64,000 nucleotides of DNA from an uncultured Nitrososphaerota archaeon (GCA_964594835.1 CAZQNA010000002.1:96001-160000), one strand, 5' to 3'. Shown: positions 9,746 through 19,282, counted from the first letter of the stretch. The notes: generated by a model from the letters alone, not told the origin. Numbers and translations are program-made.

Positions 9746-10161
9746 CCCGAGACCCTCCCCTCCAAGAGGCGTCGGTACCTCGGATCCCGCGTGACCAGCC
9801 TGTTCAGCTCCCGGTCGTCGAGGCCGGAGGTCTCCGAGACGACCTCGTCTATCACCGCGCCGACCCTCGGATTCACCTCGGGCTCCCCGCACGTGAGCTC
9901 CAGACACCTCTCGTCCTCCCTCCTCCTCAGGCACCCCTCGCCCTCCAGCCGCTCCAGGACGTCCTGCAGCCCCTCGACGTAGAAGCCGTAGGGCTCGGCC
10001 ACGAACCTGAGCCCTTCTATCAGCCGCCCAAGCCCCAGCTCCTCGGCCCTCCACTCCGCCAGCAGGAGCACCCGGGAAACCCTGAAGGGGTGGGCGCAGC
10101 CGAGCCTGGACAGCGCGTAGGCCACTATGCCCTCGTCCCCACCGAGCTCTACCACAGGCAT
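9742..10161 (-). CDS. Hypothetical protein, possible winged-helix/Panacea (DUF4065)-like fold
   Basis: ATG in a TGATG overlap, coupled on both sides; pattern RVLLLAEW...F.AEPYGFYV..L..L. Confidence 0.6.
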   Translation of the reverse strand: MPVVELGGDEGIVAYALSRLGCAHPFRVSRVLLLAEWRAEELGLGRLIEGLRFVAEPYGFYVEGLQDVLERLEGEGCLRRREDERCLELTCGEPEVNPRVGAVIDEVVSETSGLDDRELNRLVTRDPRYRRLLEGRVSG

Positions 10162-10550
10162 CAACCTCCCCTCGCCCTCTTGATCCACTCCCCCACCACG
10201 TCGTAGCCGTAGATCTCCCTCAGCCTCTCCCTGCCCTCGGGGGTCACCCTCTCCGGCGTCCACGGGGGGTCCCACACGAGGTTCACCCTCACGCTCCTGT
10301 CGGGCCCCACCGCCTCCCTTATGGCCGCCTCGACCATGGCCACCACCATCCCGGCCACCGGGCACCCCGGGGCCGTCATGGTCATGTCCACCTCGACCCT
10401 CCCCTCCTCGTCCACATCCACCCTGTACACGAGGCCCAGATCGTAGACGTTCACAGGTATCTCCGGGTCATACGTGCTCTTCAGGGCCTCTATCACCTTT
10501 CGCCTGATCTCCTCCGTGGGATCCCCCTCTACGCCCGCCATGAGGCTCAC
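10161..10550 (-). CDS. Metal-sulfur cluster assembly factor (DUF59/SufT/PaaD)
   Basis: YDPEIPVNVYDLGLVY, MTMTAPGCP, VWDPPWTPE. Confidence 0.92.
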   Translation of the reverse strand: MSLMAGVEGDPTEEIRRKVIEALKSTYDPEIPVNVYDLGLVYRVDVDEEGRVEVDMTMTAPGCPVAGMVVAMVEAAIREAVGPDRSVRVNLVWDPPWTPERVTPEGRERLREIYGYDVVGEWIKRARGG

Positions 10551-10743
10551 CGCAACCTATTTTAGGCTCGCCTAACCGGCGGGATGACACCGTTATATCC
10601 TTTTCTGAGAGACCCCCTGCGGACTGGCGCCGGCCCGGGCACTAGCAGGATCGGGAGGGCCGGTGAGGCGGCCAATCGAGTCCCCCAGAGGCGGGGGACC
10701 TCTGCGGGGAACCGTTATATGCGATATTCCCGGAGGGAATAAT

Positions 10744-11820
10744 GTGGAGGAGATACTGAGCGAGCTGAGGCCGCGCGTCACGCTGGTCCTCGAGTACCGG
10801 GGCGAGGCGGTGATAGACGACAGGATGGCAAAGATCCTCGAGGAGATAGAGAGGAGGGGGTCGCTCCTCTCGGCGTGCAAGTCGGTCGGCGCCTCCTACT
10901 CCCGGGTCTGGGAGAGGATATCCGACCTCGAGGGGGTCCTCGGGAAGAGGATAATCGAGGTCCGGAGGGGCGGGCCCGGCGGAGGGGGAGCGAGGCTCAC
11001 GAGGTTCGGGAAGGCTCTGCTCAGGCTCTACGCCGAGGAGGCGGCCAGGGTCAGGGGAGGGTCGAGGGTGGGCCCCCTCGGGAGGAGCGTGATGACCCCC
11101 CCGGACTTCCTCCTGATGGGGAGCCACGACCCGGCCCTCGACATCCTCCTGTCCCGGGTCAGGGAGTCCTCCCCCGACGTCGAGTTCAGGAGGGAGTGGC
11201 TCGGATCCGCCGGCGGCCTGGCGGCGCTGATGCTGGACTACGCGGACGCGGCCGGGACGCACCTCCTGGACCCGGAGACGGGCAGGTACAACGTGCCCTA
11301 CGTCTCCAGGTACTGGCTGGAGGACAGGGTGACCCTCATAAGGGGGTACCAGAGGGAGATCGGCCTCGTCTTCCGTCGGGGCGAGGAGCTGGGCCTGGAG
11401 GACCTCCTGGAGGGGAGGGCCAAGCTCGTCAACAGGAACCCGGGGTCGGGGAGCAGGGTCCTGCTGGACTACCTCCTGAGGAGGGCCGCCCTGGACGCCG
11501 GGGTGGACCCCTCCGAGATACCGAGGAGGGTTAGGGGGTACAGGATGGAGGTGAGGACCCACATAGGGGTGGCCAGGAAGGTGGCCTCCGGCGACGCGGA
11601 CGTGGGCGTGGCCATAAGGTACGTGGCGGAGAAGTTCGGCCTGGGCTTCAGGAGGCTGGCCTGGGAGTGGTACGACCTGGCCGTGAGGAGGGACTCCATG
11701 AAGAAGCCCGCCGCGCGTGAGATCGTAAGGATGCTCAGGTCCGGCGAGGTGGGGGAGATCGTGGGAGGGCTGCCCGGGTACCGCGTCACGCCCGACACGG
11801 GCCGGCAGATCTACCCCTGA
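10744..11820 (+). CDS. ModE-type wHTH regulator fused to PBP-like molybdate/tungstate-binding domain
   Basis: GSLLSACKSVGASYSRVW...RRGGPGGGGARLT; GSHDPAL, GSAGGL, NRNPGSGSR. Confidence 0.85.
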   Translation: MEEILSELRPRVTLVLEYRGEAVIDDRMAKILEEIERRGSLLSACKSVGASYSRVWERISDLEGVLGKRIIEVRRGGPGGGGARLTRFGKALLRLYAEEAARVRGGSRVGPLGRSVMTPPDFLLMGSHDPALDILLSRVRESSPDVEFRREWLGSAGGLAALMLDYADAAGTHLLDPETGRYNVPYVSRYWLEDRVTLIRGYQREIGLVFRRGEELGLEDLLEGRAKLVNRNPGSGSRVLLDYLLRRAALDAGVDPSEIPRRVRGYRMEVRTHIGVARKVASGDADVGVAIRYVAEKFGLGFRRLAWEWYDLAVRRDSMKKPAAREIVRMLRSGEVGEIVGGLPGYRVTPDTGRQIYP

Positions 11821-11909
11821 GTGACTCAAGCATTTCCCTGCTATAACAAATGAAATGTTGTTAGTTTAAATAGAGAACTTGATAGAGATAAGGGAGAGGT
11901 TAGGACAGC

Positions 11910-12434
11910 TTGAGCGTAGTCTGGGGAGGGTCACTGTCGGCCCTGTTTCTCAGCGGTGCCACCGCTGCCGGGGCCGCCGTCGGATCGGTTGGCTCCAGGG
12001 TGGTAGTGGAGCCGGAGATGCTCCGGCTCTTCAGCGAGCTGGGATATCCGTGGCTGATGGGGGAGACCTACGACGACATGCTGATGGACCGCGAGCTCTG
12101 CGCCGCCAGCGCGGACGAGGTGCCGTGGGGGCTCTACGTGACAGAGGAGCTTCTGAAGACGGCCCCCTCTCCCGAGGCGGCCTTGAGGCTCGCGGGAGAG
12201 CTTCTGGGGCTGGGCCTCTCCGTGGGGGAGGCCTCGACGATAGCCTCAGCCATAGCCACAGCCCACGACATGGTGTTCCTCGTGAACGAGCGCGCCAGGG
12301 CCGTGGCGAGGGAGTTCGGACTCACCCCGGCGTCTCCGATGCAGGTGGTGGTGGACGCCTTCAAGAGGGATCTGATCACCCCCGAGGAGTTCGTCGAGCT
12401 GTCCAACAGCCTGCTTACATGGGAGAAGGGTTGA
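11910..12434 (+). CDS. Divergent PIN-like (DUF3368/COG2405-like) protein
   Basis: LSVGEASTIASA...FLVNERARAVAREFGL...GLI-like C-terminus; catalytic acidic residues appear substituted. Confidence 0.5.
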   Translation: MSVVWGGSLSALFLSGATAAGAAVGSVGSRVVVEPEMLRLFSELGYPWLMGETYDDMLMDRELCAASADEVPWGLYVTEELLKTAPSPEAALRLAGELLGLGLSVGEASTIASAIATAHDMVFLVNERARAVAREFGLTPASPMQVVVDAFKRDLITPEEFVELSNSLLTWEKG

Positions 12435-12751
12435 GTGAGATGACTGAATCGGTCGGTCTGGAGTACGGAACCGCCCCTCCGGAGGGAGCCGTCAGGTCCC
12501 CGGAGGAGCTGAAGTCGGCCCTAGAGAGGGCTTGGGATGAGGTTGAGAGGGTCAGGAGGGCCCGAATGCGTAGGTACGCCATAGCTGCGGGCTTCACCGC
12601 GACGGGGATATTCCTCCTATTCCTATCCCTCATGATGCTGCTGGAGAGGCTGGCCATATGGCCCCTGGGGGTCGTGACCACCTACGTGGCCCTGACGTCC
12701 CTGGGCGCCCTCTCGTTCGGGTACGGCTTCTACCGGATGGGGGCCCACTGA
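12431..12751 (+). CDS. Small two-TM membrane protein
   Basis: Overlaps the upstream stop; charged N-terminus then two hydrophobic helices. Confidence 0.65.
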   Translation: MSEMTESVGLEYGTAPPEGAVRSPEELKSALERAWDEVERVRRARMRRYAIAAGFTATGIFLLFLSLMMLLERLAIWPLGVVTTYVALTSLGALSFGYGFYRMGAH

Positions 12752-12752
12752 G

Positions 12753-13847
12753 GTGAGCGGGGGCGGAAACCCCCTCCCCCTCTCCGTCACGGTCGTGATC
12801 CCTGCCTACAACGAGGAGGAGGGGATCGGAGCCTGCCTGGAGAGCGTCCTGTCCCAGTCCATACCCCCTGATCAGGTCATAGTGGTCGACGACGGGTCGA
12901 CCGACTCGACGCCAGAGATCCTGAAGGGGTTCAGGGGCCGGATCGAGGTGGTCACCCTTCCCGAGAACTCGGGGAACAAGGCGCTGGCCCTGAGGGCGGC
13001 ACTCCCCTACATCAAGGGGGACGTGGTGGTCTACACGGACGCCGACTCGGAGCTGGACCCCCGCGCGGTGGAGCTACTGCTCGTCCACTTCCTGGACCCG
13101 AGGGTCGGCGCCGCCTCCGGCGTGGTCGTTTCGAGGAGGCACAACGCCCTGACGTCCGTGAGGGAGCTCCAGTACATCATGGGGCAGGAGGTGTACAAGC
13201 GGGGCATGGGCGCCCTTGGCACCGTCATGGTGATCCCGGGGTGCGTCGGGGCCGTGAGGAGGGAGCTCTTCGACCCGAGCCCGGACACGGCCACCGAGGA
13301 CATGGACCTGACTCTGTCGGTCATGGAGGCCGGGTACAGGGTGGTCTACGAGCCGAGGGCCGTCGCCCACACCAGCGACCCCCCCAACCTGAGGTCCTAC
13401 CTCAGGCAGAGCTGGAGGTGGTTCTCGGGCTACTTCCAGAACGTCAGGAAGCACTTCGCCACCCTCCCGAGGAGGATGAAGTTCCAGATGGCGTACCTGT
13501 CGGTGGAGAACGTCATGGGTACGCTGGTCCCCGTCCTGGCGGTTTACGCGGCCGCGGCCCCCAGGAGGGGCCTCTTCGCCCTCGCCCTCCTGCTGGGCGA
13601 GGTGATCACCTGGGCCGCTGTTGGCGTGTACGGGGCGATCAGGCTGGGGAGGCCCGACCTCGTGCCTGCGGCCCTCATCTCTCCGGCGATCCGGGTCGTC
13701 GACGGGCTGATCTGGACCGGGACCATGGTGAGCGAGCTGATCCTCAACAGGAGGGACCTCAAGTGGAGGAGGGCAGACCGGTTCAGCCTGAGCCGATCGG
13801 CCTCCCAAGATCCCACGGGCGTGAGAGAAAGAGGAAGGGGGGCGTGA
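12753..13847 (+). CDS. GT2 processive glycosyltransferase (IcaA/cellulose-synthase-like)
   Basis: IPAYNEE, VDDGSTD, TDAD, TED, QSWRW (QxxRW), C-terminal TM helices. Confidence 0.9.
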   Translation: MSGGGNPLPLSVTVVIPAYNEEEGIGACLESVLSQSIPPDQVIVVDDGSTDSTPEILKGFRGRIEVVTLPENSGNKALALRAALPYIKGDVVVYTDADSELDPRAVELLLVHFLDPRVGAASGVVVSRRHNALTSVRELQYIMGQEVYKRGMGALGTVMVIPGCVGAVRRELFDPSPDTATEDMDLTLSVMEAGYRVVYEPRAVAHTSDPPNLRSYLRQSWRWFSGYFQNVRKHFATLPRRMKFQMAYLSVENVMGTLVPVLAVYAAAAPRRGLFALALLLGEVITWAAVGVYGAIRLGRPDLVPAALISPAIRVVDGLIWTGTMVSELILNRRDLKWRRADRFSLSRSASQDPTGVRERGRGA

Positions 13848-13892
13848 GTGAGGGAGAGGGTGATGGAGGGGCCGCCTCGCGGAGGCCCGCGG

Positions 13893-14537
13893 TCACGCCG
13901 TGGACCTCACGCGACCCCCTCGAACCGCCACCAACCCCCTCTCAGAGAGCCTCCTCACTGCGGCCACCACCCAGTAGCGGTCCACGTTGAGGCGCTCCGC
14001 CAGCTCACCGACGTCCGCCTCGCCGTCCCCCAGGACCGAGAGCAGGGATCCCTCCAGGAGATCCATGACCTCGTCGGAGGACGTCCTCACGTAGCCCAGC
14101 ACGATGGCAGCGAGCTTGACCCCTATGCCGAGCGTCTCCGCTATGTCTAGGGCCGAGGGGGAGGCCGGAAGCCCGGGCCCCTCCATCTTCCTCCTCACGT
14201 ACTCCAGGGCCATGCTGATTATCCTGTCCTCCGACCCAGCCTCGGCGTAGAGCGGGAGGTCGACCTCTATCACCACCCTCTCCGTGGAGAGGACGTAGAG
14301 CTTCGCGGGCCTCCCCCTGCCGACGCGGGCGTAGCCGGCGGTCCTCACAAGACCCGCGGCCTCCAGGTCCCTCAGGTGCTCCGTGACGACGCTGAGCGCC
14401 ATGTTCAGCTCCCGCGCCATCGAGGCGGGTGAGGTGGGCCCCCTGGCCAGGACTCGGATAAGCCTCAGCTTGGCGTCGCTCGCCAGGGCCTGCATCACCC
14501 TCCTGGCCAGGACGGGCCTGTTGGAAGGTATCCTCAA
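13893..14537 (-). CDS. ArsR-family regulator with additional HTH domains
   Basis: ALASDAKLRLI...HLRDLEAAGLV...GRGRPAKLY; C-terminal wHTH. Confidence 0.8.
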   Translation of the reverse strand: MRIPSNRPVLARRVMQALASDAKLRLIRVLARGPTSPASMARELNMALSVVTEHLRDLEAAGLVRTAGYARVGRGRPAKLYVLSTERVVIEVDLPLYAEAGSEDRIISMALEYVRRKMEGPGLPASPSALDIAETLGIGVKLAAIVLGYVRTSSDEVMDLLEGSLLSVLGDGEADVGELAERLNVDRYWVVAAVRRLSERGLVAVRGGRVRSTA

Positions 14538-15232
14538 GGACCGGCCACCCTGACCTCTGCGTCACCTGTGCCCAGCCTCACCTCCAGGGTGAAGCCCTGC
14601 CCCGTCCCTAGGATCGCCTCCGTGCGGCCGCGGACCTTGGAGACCGAGCTGAACCCCTCAGCCCTGGCCGACCCGGCGCCGGAGATCCTGATCGAGACCG
14701 TGCCGTCGGGGCCGCCCGGCCTGAGTTCCACGCGCACCTGTCCCACTCCGACCCTGACGCTGGAGTGACCGCTCGCCGCCAGCGGAATCGTGCCGGAGAC
14801 GTCCCCCATCCCGACGTCCACCTCCAGCCGCTCGAACGAGAACCCGGGCGGGAGGTAGACCACGACCTCCCCGGTCCCGACGCTGATCCCGTCGACGTCC
14901 CTCCTCAGCCCGGTCCCGCTGACCTCTATCACGACATCTTCAGAGCCCTCTCCGCCCTGGCTGAAGGTCACCTCGCCCAGGCCCACCTCCAGGGTGAGCT
15001 CCGCCGCTTCTCCCGGGTCCAGCTCGATCCTCCACTCCCCGGCGGCAGCGGGGAGGTAGGTCTCGTTGGGGGCGAATGTGACGTTCCCGACTATCCAGCG
15101 GACCAGCCGGGCCAGCTCCCTTACCTCCCGCTGGGTCGGCTGCGGCGCCAGCGCCGGGGCCGCCAGGCTGGCCCCTATGCTGAACACCACCAGGACGACT
15201 ATGAGCGCCCCGACGGTCTCCTCAGCCCTCAT
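14534..15232 (-). CDS. Membrane-anchored beta-strand repeat protein (DUF4097/LiaG-like)
   Basis: N-terminal TM; repeated VGLGEV/VGTGEV/VGMGDV/VGVGQV/LGTGDA. Confidence 0.6.
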   Translation of the reverse strand: MRAEETVGALIVVLVVFSIGASLAAPALAPQPTQREVRELARLVRWIVGNVTFAPNETYLPAAAGEWRIELDPGEAAELTLEVGLGEVTFSQGGEGSEDVVIEVSGTGLRRDVDGISVGTGEVVVYLPPGFSFERLEVDVGMGDVSGTIPLAASGHSSVRVGVGQVRVELRPGGPDGTVSIRISGAGSARAEGFSSVSKVRGRTEAILGTGQGFTLEVRLGTGDAEVRVAGP

Positions 15233-15953
15233 TCTCCTCACCCTCCGCGGTCTCCCCGGGCGCCCCGGGCGCCTCCACCCAGGCCCCCACGGCGGCCGGC
15301 CGAGCCCTGGGCTGCCTGCTGAAGTAGTAGGCGAGCGCGTAGGCAGCCAGCAGCAGGACCAGCCCGTACTTCCCCAGGAACAGGACGACGAGCAGGTCTA
15401 CCAGCGGGATCAGCACCGCGGCGAGGAAGGCCGACCCCCCGTCTATGTTGTAGGAGACCGAGACCCCTATCACCAGGAGGGCCACCCCCCAGACCGCGGC
15501 GACCAGCCAGAGCACGCCCCCGAGCGCCAGCCACCCTATGGCCCCCAGCCCGCCCACCAGCGCGGCGAGCGAGAAGGCGAACAGCGGGAGGGCCGAGGGC
15601 AGCACGGAGTAGGCCACGACGCTCAGGGCCCTCGTCACGTCGCCAGATCCGCCCATGAGCTGGGCGTCAAGGTGGATCAGGAGGGCCGCGATAACCATGA
15701 GGACCACGTTCCCCACGGCGGCCACGATCCCCACGACGGGGCTGGCGACGGAGATCACGGGGGCCAGGGGGAGCGGTATGATTCGGAGCACGGCGGCGAC
15801 CAGCAGGGCGCCCTCGGCGAAGAATATCCCGGCGGCCAGCAGCAGGGGCACGCCTATGGACACGTCCTCGTGCGCCATCACCTCAAAGGCCTGTCTCGGG
15901 TGGAGGAGGACTCCCCCGACCCGGTACAGGCCGCTCCTGAGAGGTCCCACCAT
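15222..15953 (-). CDS. Yip1-domain membrane protein
   Basis: VLLHPRQAFE, IHLDAQLMGGSG, VVAYSVLP; GGGTGA SD before the ATG. Confidence 0.75.
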   Translation of the reverse strand: MVGPLRSGLYRVGGVLLHPRQAFEVMAHEDVSIGVPLLLAAGIFFAEGALLVAAVLRIIPLPLAPVISVASPVVGIVAAVGNVVLMVIAALLIHLDAQLMGGSGDVTRALSVVAYSVLPSALPLFAFSLAALVGGLGAIGWLALGGVLWLVAAVWGVALLVIGVSVSYNIDGGSAFLAAVLIPLVDLLVVLFLGKYGLVLLLAAYALAYYFSRQPRARPAAVGAWVEAPGAPGETAEGEENEG

Positions 15954-16061
15954 CTCGTGTTCACCCAATAACTTCGGTTTCTTAGATTAAATCCGAAGTT
16001 ATTCGAATATAAATCTTTCCTTGGGGCAACGCATATAACGGGGAGGGGGGAGGCGGGGCAA

Positions 16062-16790
16062 ATGCCCTCCGTCACGCTGGAGCTCGCGCTGCTCTCCGTC
16101 GAGTTCGTCCTCCTGATAGCCACGGTGATACTGCTCTACCTCAGCCGGAGAGAGCACGCTGGGAGGCACGAGCTCCTCAGACTCCTGAGCCAGGCGATCA
16201 CCGCCCTCACCAGGAGGGAGTACTTCTCGGCGGTCCAGGAGGCCATCAGGGACGCCAGAGAGGGCATAATAGCCGTGATAACGGGCACCCCGCCTCGGGA
16301 CGAGGAGGAAGAGGAGGTCCTCAACTCCATCGCTCGGCGGGTGAGGGAGGCTTCCGCGAGGGGGGTGAGGCTGAGGTACCTCATACCCAGGTCCGCTGCC
16401 CACCTCTACGTCGGTCACCTCCTCTGCGGGGCCGGGGCAGAGGTGAGGTACAGGGCCGGCCTGGCCGTCTACGACCTGAGGTACATGGTCGTCGACGGGA
16501 GGAGGGTGATCCTGGGGCAGCCCAGGGGGCAGGGGGAGGAGGAGCCCACCAAGAAGGGGTACGTGATAGAGTCGCCGACCCTGGCCTCGATGCTCGCGGA
16601 GAGGTTCGAGACCCACTGGGGGGCGGAGGAGACCATCACGTACGAGGAGTACGTCAGGCAGGAGGTGAGGTCGCTGTACGAGACGAACCCCGGCCTGACT
16701 CCCGAGACGGCGGCGGGCCAGCTCAACCTCCCGGTCGAGGAGGTGAAGAGGCTGGCAGGGGACCTGTGGCGATCCCTCCCGCCCGGCTAG
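16062..16790 (+). CDS. Membrane-anchored TrmB-like/PLD-fold protein with C-terminal HTH
   Basis: N-terminal TM, ARGVRLRYL, LRYMVVDGRRVILG, AERFETHW; terminal ETAAGQLNLPVEEV. Confidence 0.6.
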   Translation: MPSVTLELALLSVEFVLLIATVILLYLSRREHAGRHELLRLLSQAITALTRREYFSAVQEAIRDAREGIIAVITGTPPRDEEEEEVLNSIARRVREASARGVRLRYLIPRSAAHLYVGHLLCGAGAEVRYRAGLAVYDLRYMVVDGRRVILGQPRGQGEEEPTKKGYVIESPTLASMLAERFETHWGAEETITYEEYVRQEVRSLYETNPGLTPETAAGQLNLPVEEVKRLAGDLWRSLPPG

Positions 16791-17482
16791 GCCCCCTCCA
16801 CGACCTCTGAGGGATCTCCCTCCGCCTTCACGCGCCCGTCCTCGATCAGGATGGCCCTGTCGGAGATCTCAAGGGCCAGCAGGCGGTCGTGGGTCGCCAG
16901 GGCGACACACACGCCCTCTCGCGCCAGGTCCCTCAGGACGCCCGAGACCCTCCTCCTGTTCTCTCCGTCCAGGTTCGCCGTCGGCTCGTCCAGGAGGAGG
17001 AACCTGGGGGACACGGCGAGGGCTCTGGCGAGGGCCACCAGCTGCCTCTGACCGGCCGACAGGGACCTGGCCCCCTTGCCGGCGAGCCCGCCAAGCCCCA
17101 TCGCCTCCAGCGCCTCCCGCACCCTGCCCTCCAGCTCCTCCCCGGATATCCCCCTGAGCCTCAGGCCGAAGGCGACGTTCTCCTCGACGGTCCCCCTCAG
17201 CACCACGGGGGTCTCGTGGACGTAGACGACCGACCTCCTGAGCCTCAGCCTCTCCCGCGGGTCGGCCCCCCACAGGTCTACGCCGGCGATCAGGATTCTG
17301 CCCGACTCGGGCCTGAGGAGCCCCGAGGAGATCTTCAGGGCGGTGGTCTTGCCAGAGCCGTTGGGCCCGACCAGCGCCGTCACCCCTCCGCCGAGCGAGA
17401 TCGTCACACCCCTGAGGGCCTCCCCGCCCCCCGGATACCGGAACCTCACGTCGACGAGGCGTATCTCCGCCCTGGGGTCCAA
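16787..17482 (-). CDS. tupC: Tungstate ABC transporter ATP-binding subunit
   Basis: GPNGSGKTT, LSAGQ, LLDEPTANLD; downstream of tupAB. Confidence 0.8.
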   Translation of the reverse strand: MDPRAEIRLVDVRFRYPGGGEALRGVTISLGGGVTALVGPNGSGKTTALKISSGLLRPESGRILIAGVDLWGADPRERLRLRRSVVYVHETPVVLRGTVEENVAFGLRLRGISGEELEGRVREALEAMGLGGLAGKGARSLSAGQRQLVALARALAVSPRFLLLDEPTANLDGENRRRVSGVLRDLAREGVCVALATHDRLLALEISDRAILIEDGRVKAEGDPSEVVEGA

Positions 17483-17483
17483 C

Positions 17484-18137
17484 TCAGGTCCCCCTCCCTC
17501 CGAGCCTCCCCACCGCGAGGTTGACCGCAATGGCCGTGCTCAGGAGGACCCCGCTGAGGGTGAGTGCGAGCTTGAACTCGCCGCGGGACACCTCTAGGGC
17601 TATGGCCGTGGTCATCACCCTCGTCACGCCCCTTATGTTCCCCCCCATCATGAGGGCGATCCCGAGTTCCCCGAGGGCCCGGTTGAAGCCCAGCAGGATG
17701 ACCGTCAGGATTGATGGAAGGGCCTCGTTCAGCATCGCCTCGGCGGCCTGCCTCTCCGTCGCGCCGAGGGACATGGCCATCTCCCAGACCTCCCCGTGTA
17801 CCCCTGAGAGGGAGGCCGCGGCCGCCGACGCTATCAGGGGGGTGACCAGCACGGCCTGACCGATCGCTATGGCGGCCGGCGTGTACAGGAGCTCCAGGAA
17901 GCCCAGCGGCCCCGAGCGAGAGAGCAGGAGGTACATCAACAGTCCGATCACGACGGTGGGGACGCTGGTGAGGGCGTTTAGCAGGTCAAGGGTGAGCCTT
18001 CCCCACCTCGAGCCCCGGGCCATGACCAGCCTGAGGGCGAGGGGTACGCTCCAGAGGGAGGCCAGCAGCGTGGCCGAGCCGGACACGATGAGCGACCTCG
18101 TCACTATCCTGAGAACCTCCGCCGCGAGTTCCGACAG
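17484..18137 (-). CDS. tupB: Tungstate ABC transporter permease (probable CTG start at 18137; first GTG at 18104)
   Basis: VPTVVIGL..LLSRSGPLG, GGNIRGVTRVMTTAIALE. Confidence 0.88.
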   Translation of the reverse strand: MSELAAEVLRIVTRSLIVSGSATLLASLWSVPLALRLVMARGSRWGRLTLDLLNALTSVPTVVIGLLMYLLLSRSGPLGFLELLYTPAAIAIGQAVLVTPLIASAAAASLSGVHGEVWEMAMSLGATERQAAEAMLNEALPSILTVILLGFNRALGELGIALMMGGNIRGVTRVMTTAIALEVSRGEFKLALTLSGVLLSTAIAVNLAVGRLGGRGT

Positions 18138-18215
18138 CCCTTCTCACCCCCGAATCCCTCCGGCGCCCGACCGGCGCCGGGCGCTCGATCGAGGGGGAAA
18201 ATAAAGGTGGGGGGA

Positions 18216-19118
18216 TCACCCCCGGGAGGCAAGCCTCTCCCAGGCGGCCCTGAGTTCCCCGGTCGGATCTCCCCTGGCCGGGTGGAAGAGGGGCCTACCA
18301 AACTCCTCGACGCCGTAGCTCCCTATGAGGTCCTGGGCCTCTTCGGAGACGAGGAAGTCCGCGAACTCCCGGGCAAGCCTGTGGTTCACCCCCGGGACCC
18401 TGTCGGGGTTCACGAGGTAGACGCTGTAGATGTTTGTGAGCTCCTCGCCCCTGTCCAGCAGGACGGTCAGCTCTCCCAGCTTGTCGGAGAGCTTGAGGTA
18501 CGTTCCGATGTCCGACAGGGTGTAGGCCCTCTTCTCGTTTGCGAGCATCAGGGTCTGGGACATCCCGGACCCGCTCTCCACGTACCAGGGCTTCCCCCTT
18601 GGGTCGAGGCCGGCGGCGGCCCAGAGGGACAACTCCTTGACGTGGGTCCCCGAGTTGTCTCCCCTCGACACGAACTCGGCCTCCCCCCTCTCACCCGCCT
18701 CGTATATCCTCCTCATGGCCTCCACAGGGTCGGCCCCGGCCACGCCGGCCGGGTCGTCCGGCGGGCCCACGATGACGAAGTGGTTGTACGCGAATATTCT
18801 CCCATCGATCAGGTACCCCTCCTCTGCGTACCTGGCCTCCAGGGATGGGGCGTGAACCGTGACCGCATCGGCGTCCCCCAAGGAGGCCTTCCTCAGCGCC
18901 TCGCCGCTCCCCACCGGTATGAACTGCACGCTGACCCCGGGGTGCCTCTTCTGGAACTCGTCCGCCAGGAGGTCAAGGAGACCCGTGGCGTAGAGGCTCG
19001 TCGTGGTGGTCACCCTCAGGGTCCCCGTGTACCGCCCCTGAAGCCAGGTCAGTCCCGCGAGAGAAGCCACGAGGAGAACCGCTATCGCGACCGCGATCGC
19101 CCTCCATCCCCACCTCAA
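18216..19118 (-). CDS. tupA: Tungstate ABC transporter substrate-binding protein
   Basis: TTTS signature, VGSGEAL, VHAP, SRGDNSGTH, YTLSDIGTY. Confidence 0.92.
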   Translation of the reverse strand: MRWGWRAIAVAIAVLLVASLAGLTWLQGRYTGTLRVTTTTSLYATGLLDLLADEFQKRHPGVSVQFIPVGSGEALRKASLGDADAVTVHAPSLEARYAEEGYLIDGRIFAYNHFVIVGPPDDPAGVAGADPVEAMRRIYEAGERGEAEFVSRGDNSGTHVKELSLWAAAGLDPRGKPWYVESGSGMSQTLMLANEKRAYTLSDIGTYLKLSDKLGELTVLLDRGEELTNIYSVYLVNPDRVPGVNHRLAREFADFLVSEEAQDLIGSYGVEEFGRPLFHPARGDPTGELRAAWERLASRG

Positions 19119-19137
19119 CTCGAGAGCCTCCCGGATC

Positions 19138-19193
19138 GTTATCTCAAGTTGCTATTTCGCTTCGATTTAATCGTTATTCCCCAATGAGATAAC
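19138..19193. promoter_or_regulatory. Inverted repeat GTTATCTCA...TGAGATAAC upstream of tupA, candidate ModE-type operator
   Basis: Perfect 9-bp arms at 19138-19146 and 19185-19193, plus an internal CGTTAT at 19172. Confidence 0.45.
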
Positions 19194-19282
19194 AGTGGTG
19201 CTTCAAGCCTCCCGCTCGCGCGGTGCCCCGCCGGACGCGGAAAAGAATTTCATGGTGACCGCTGGCGGCTCCATGACCGACG

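Noticed and set aside
8873-10365. Long N-terminal extensions of ORFs 8873..10054 and 9742..10365
   Set aside because: They overlap real upstream genes; true starts are at the stop-start overlaps 9745 and 10161.
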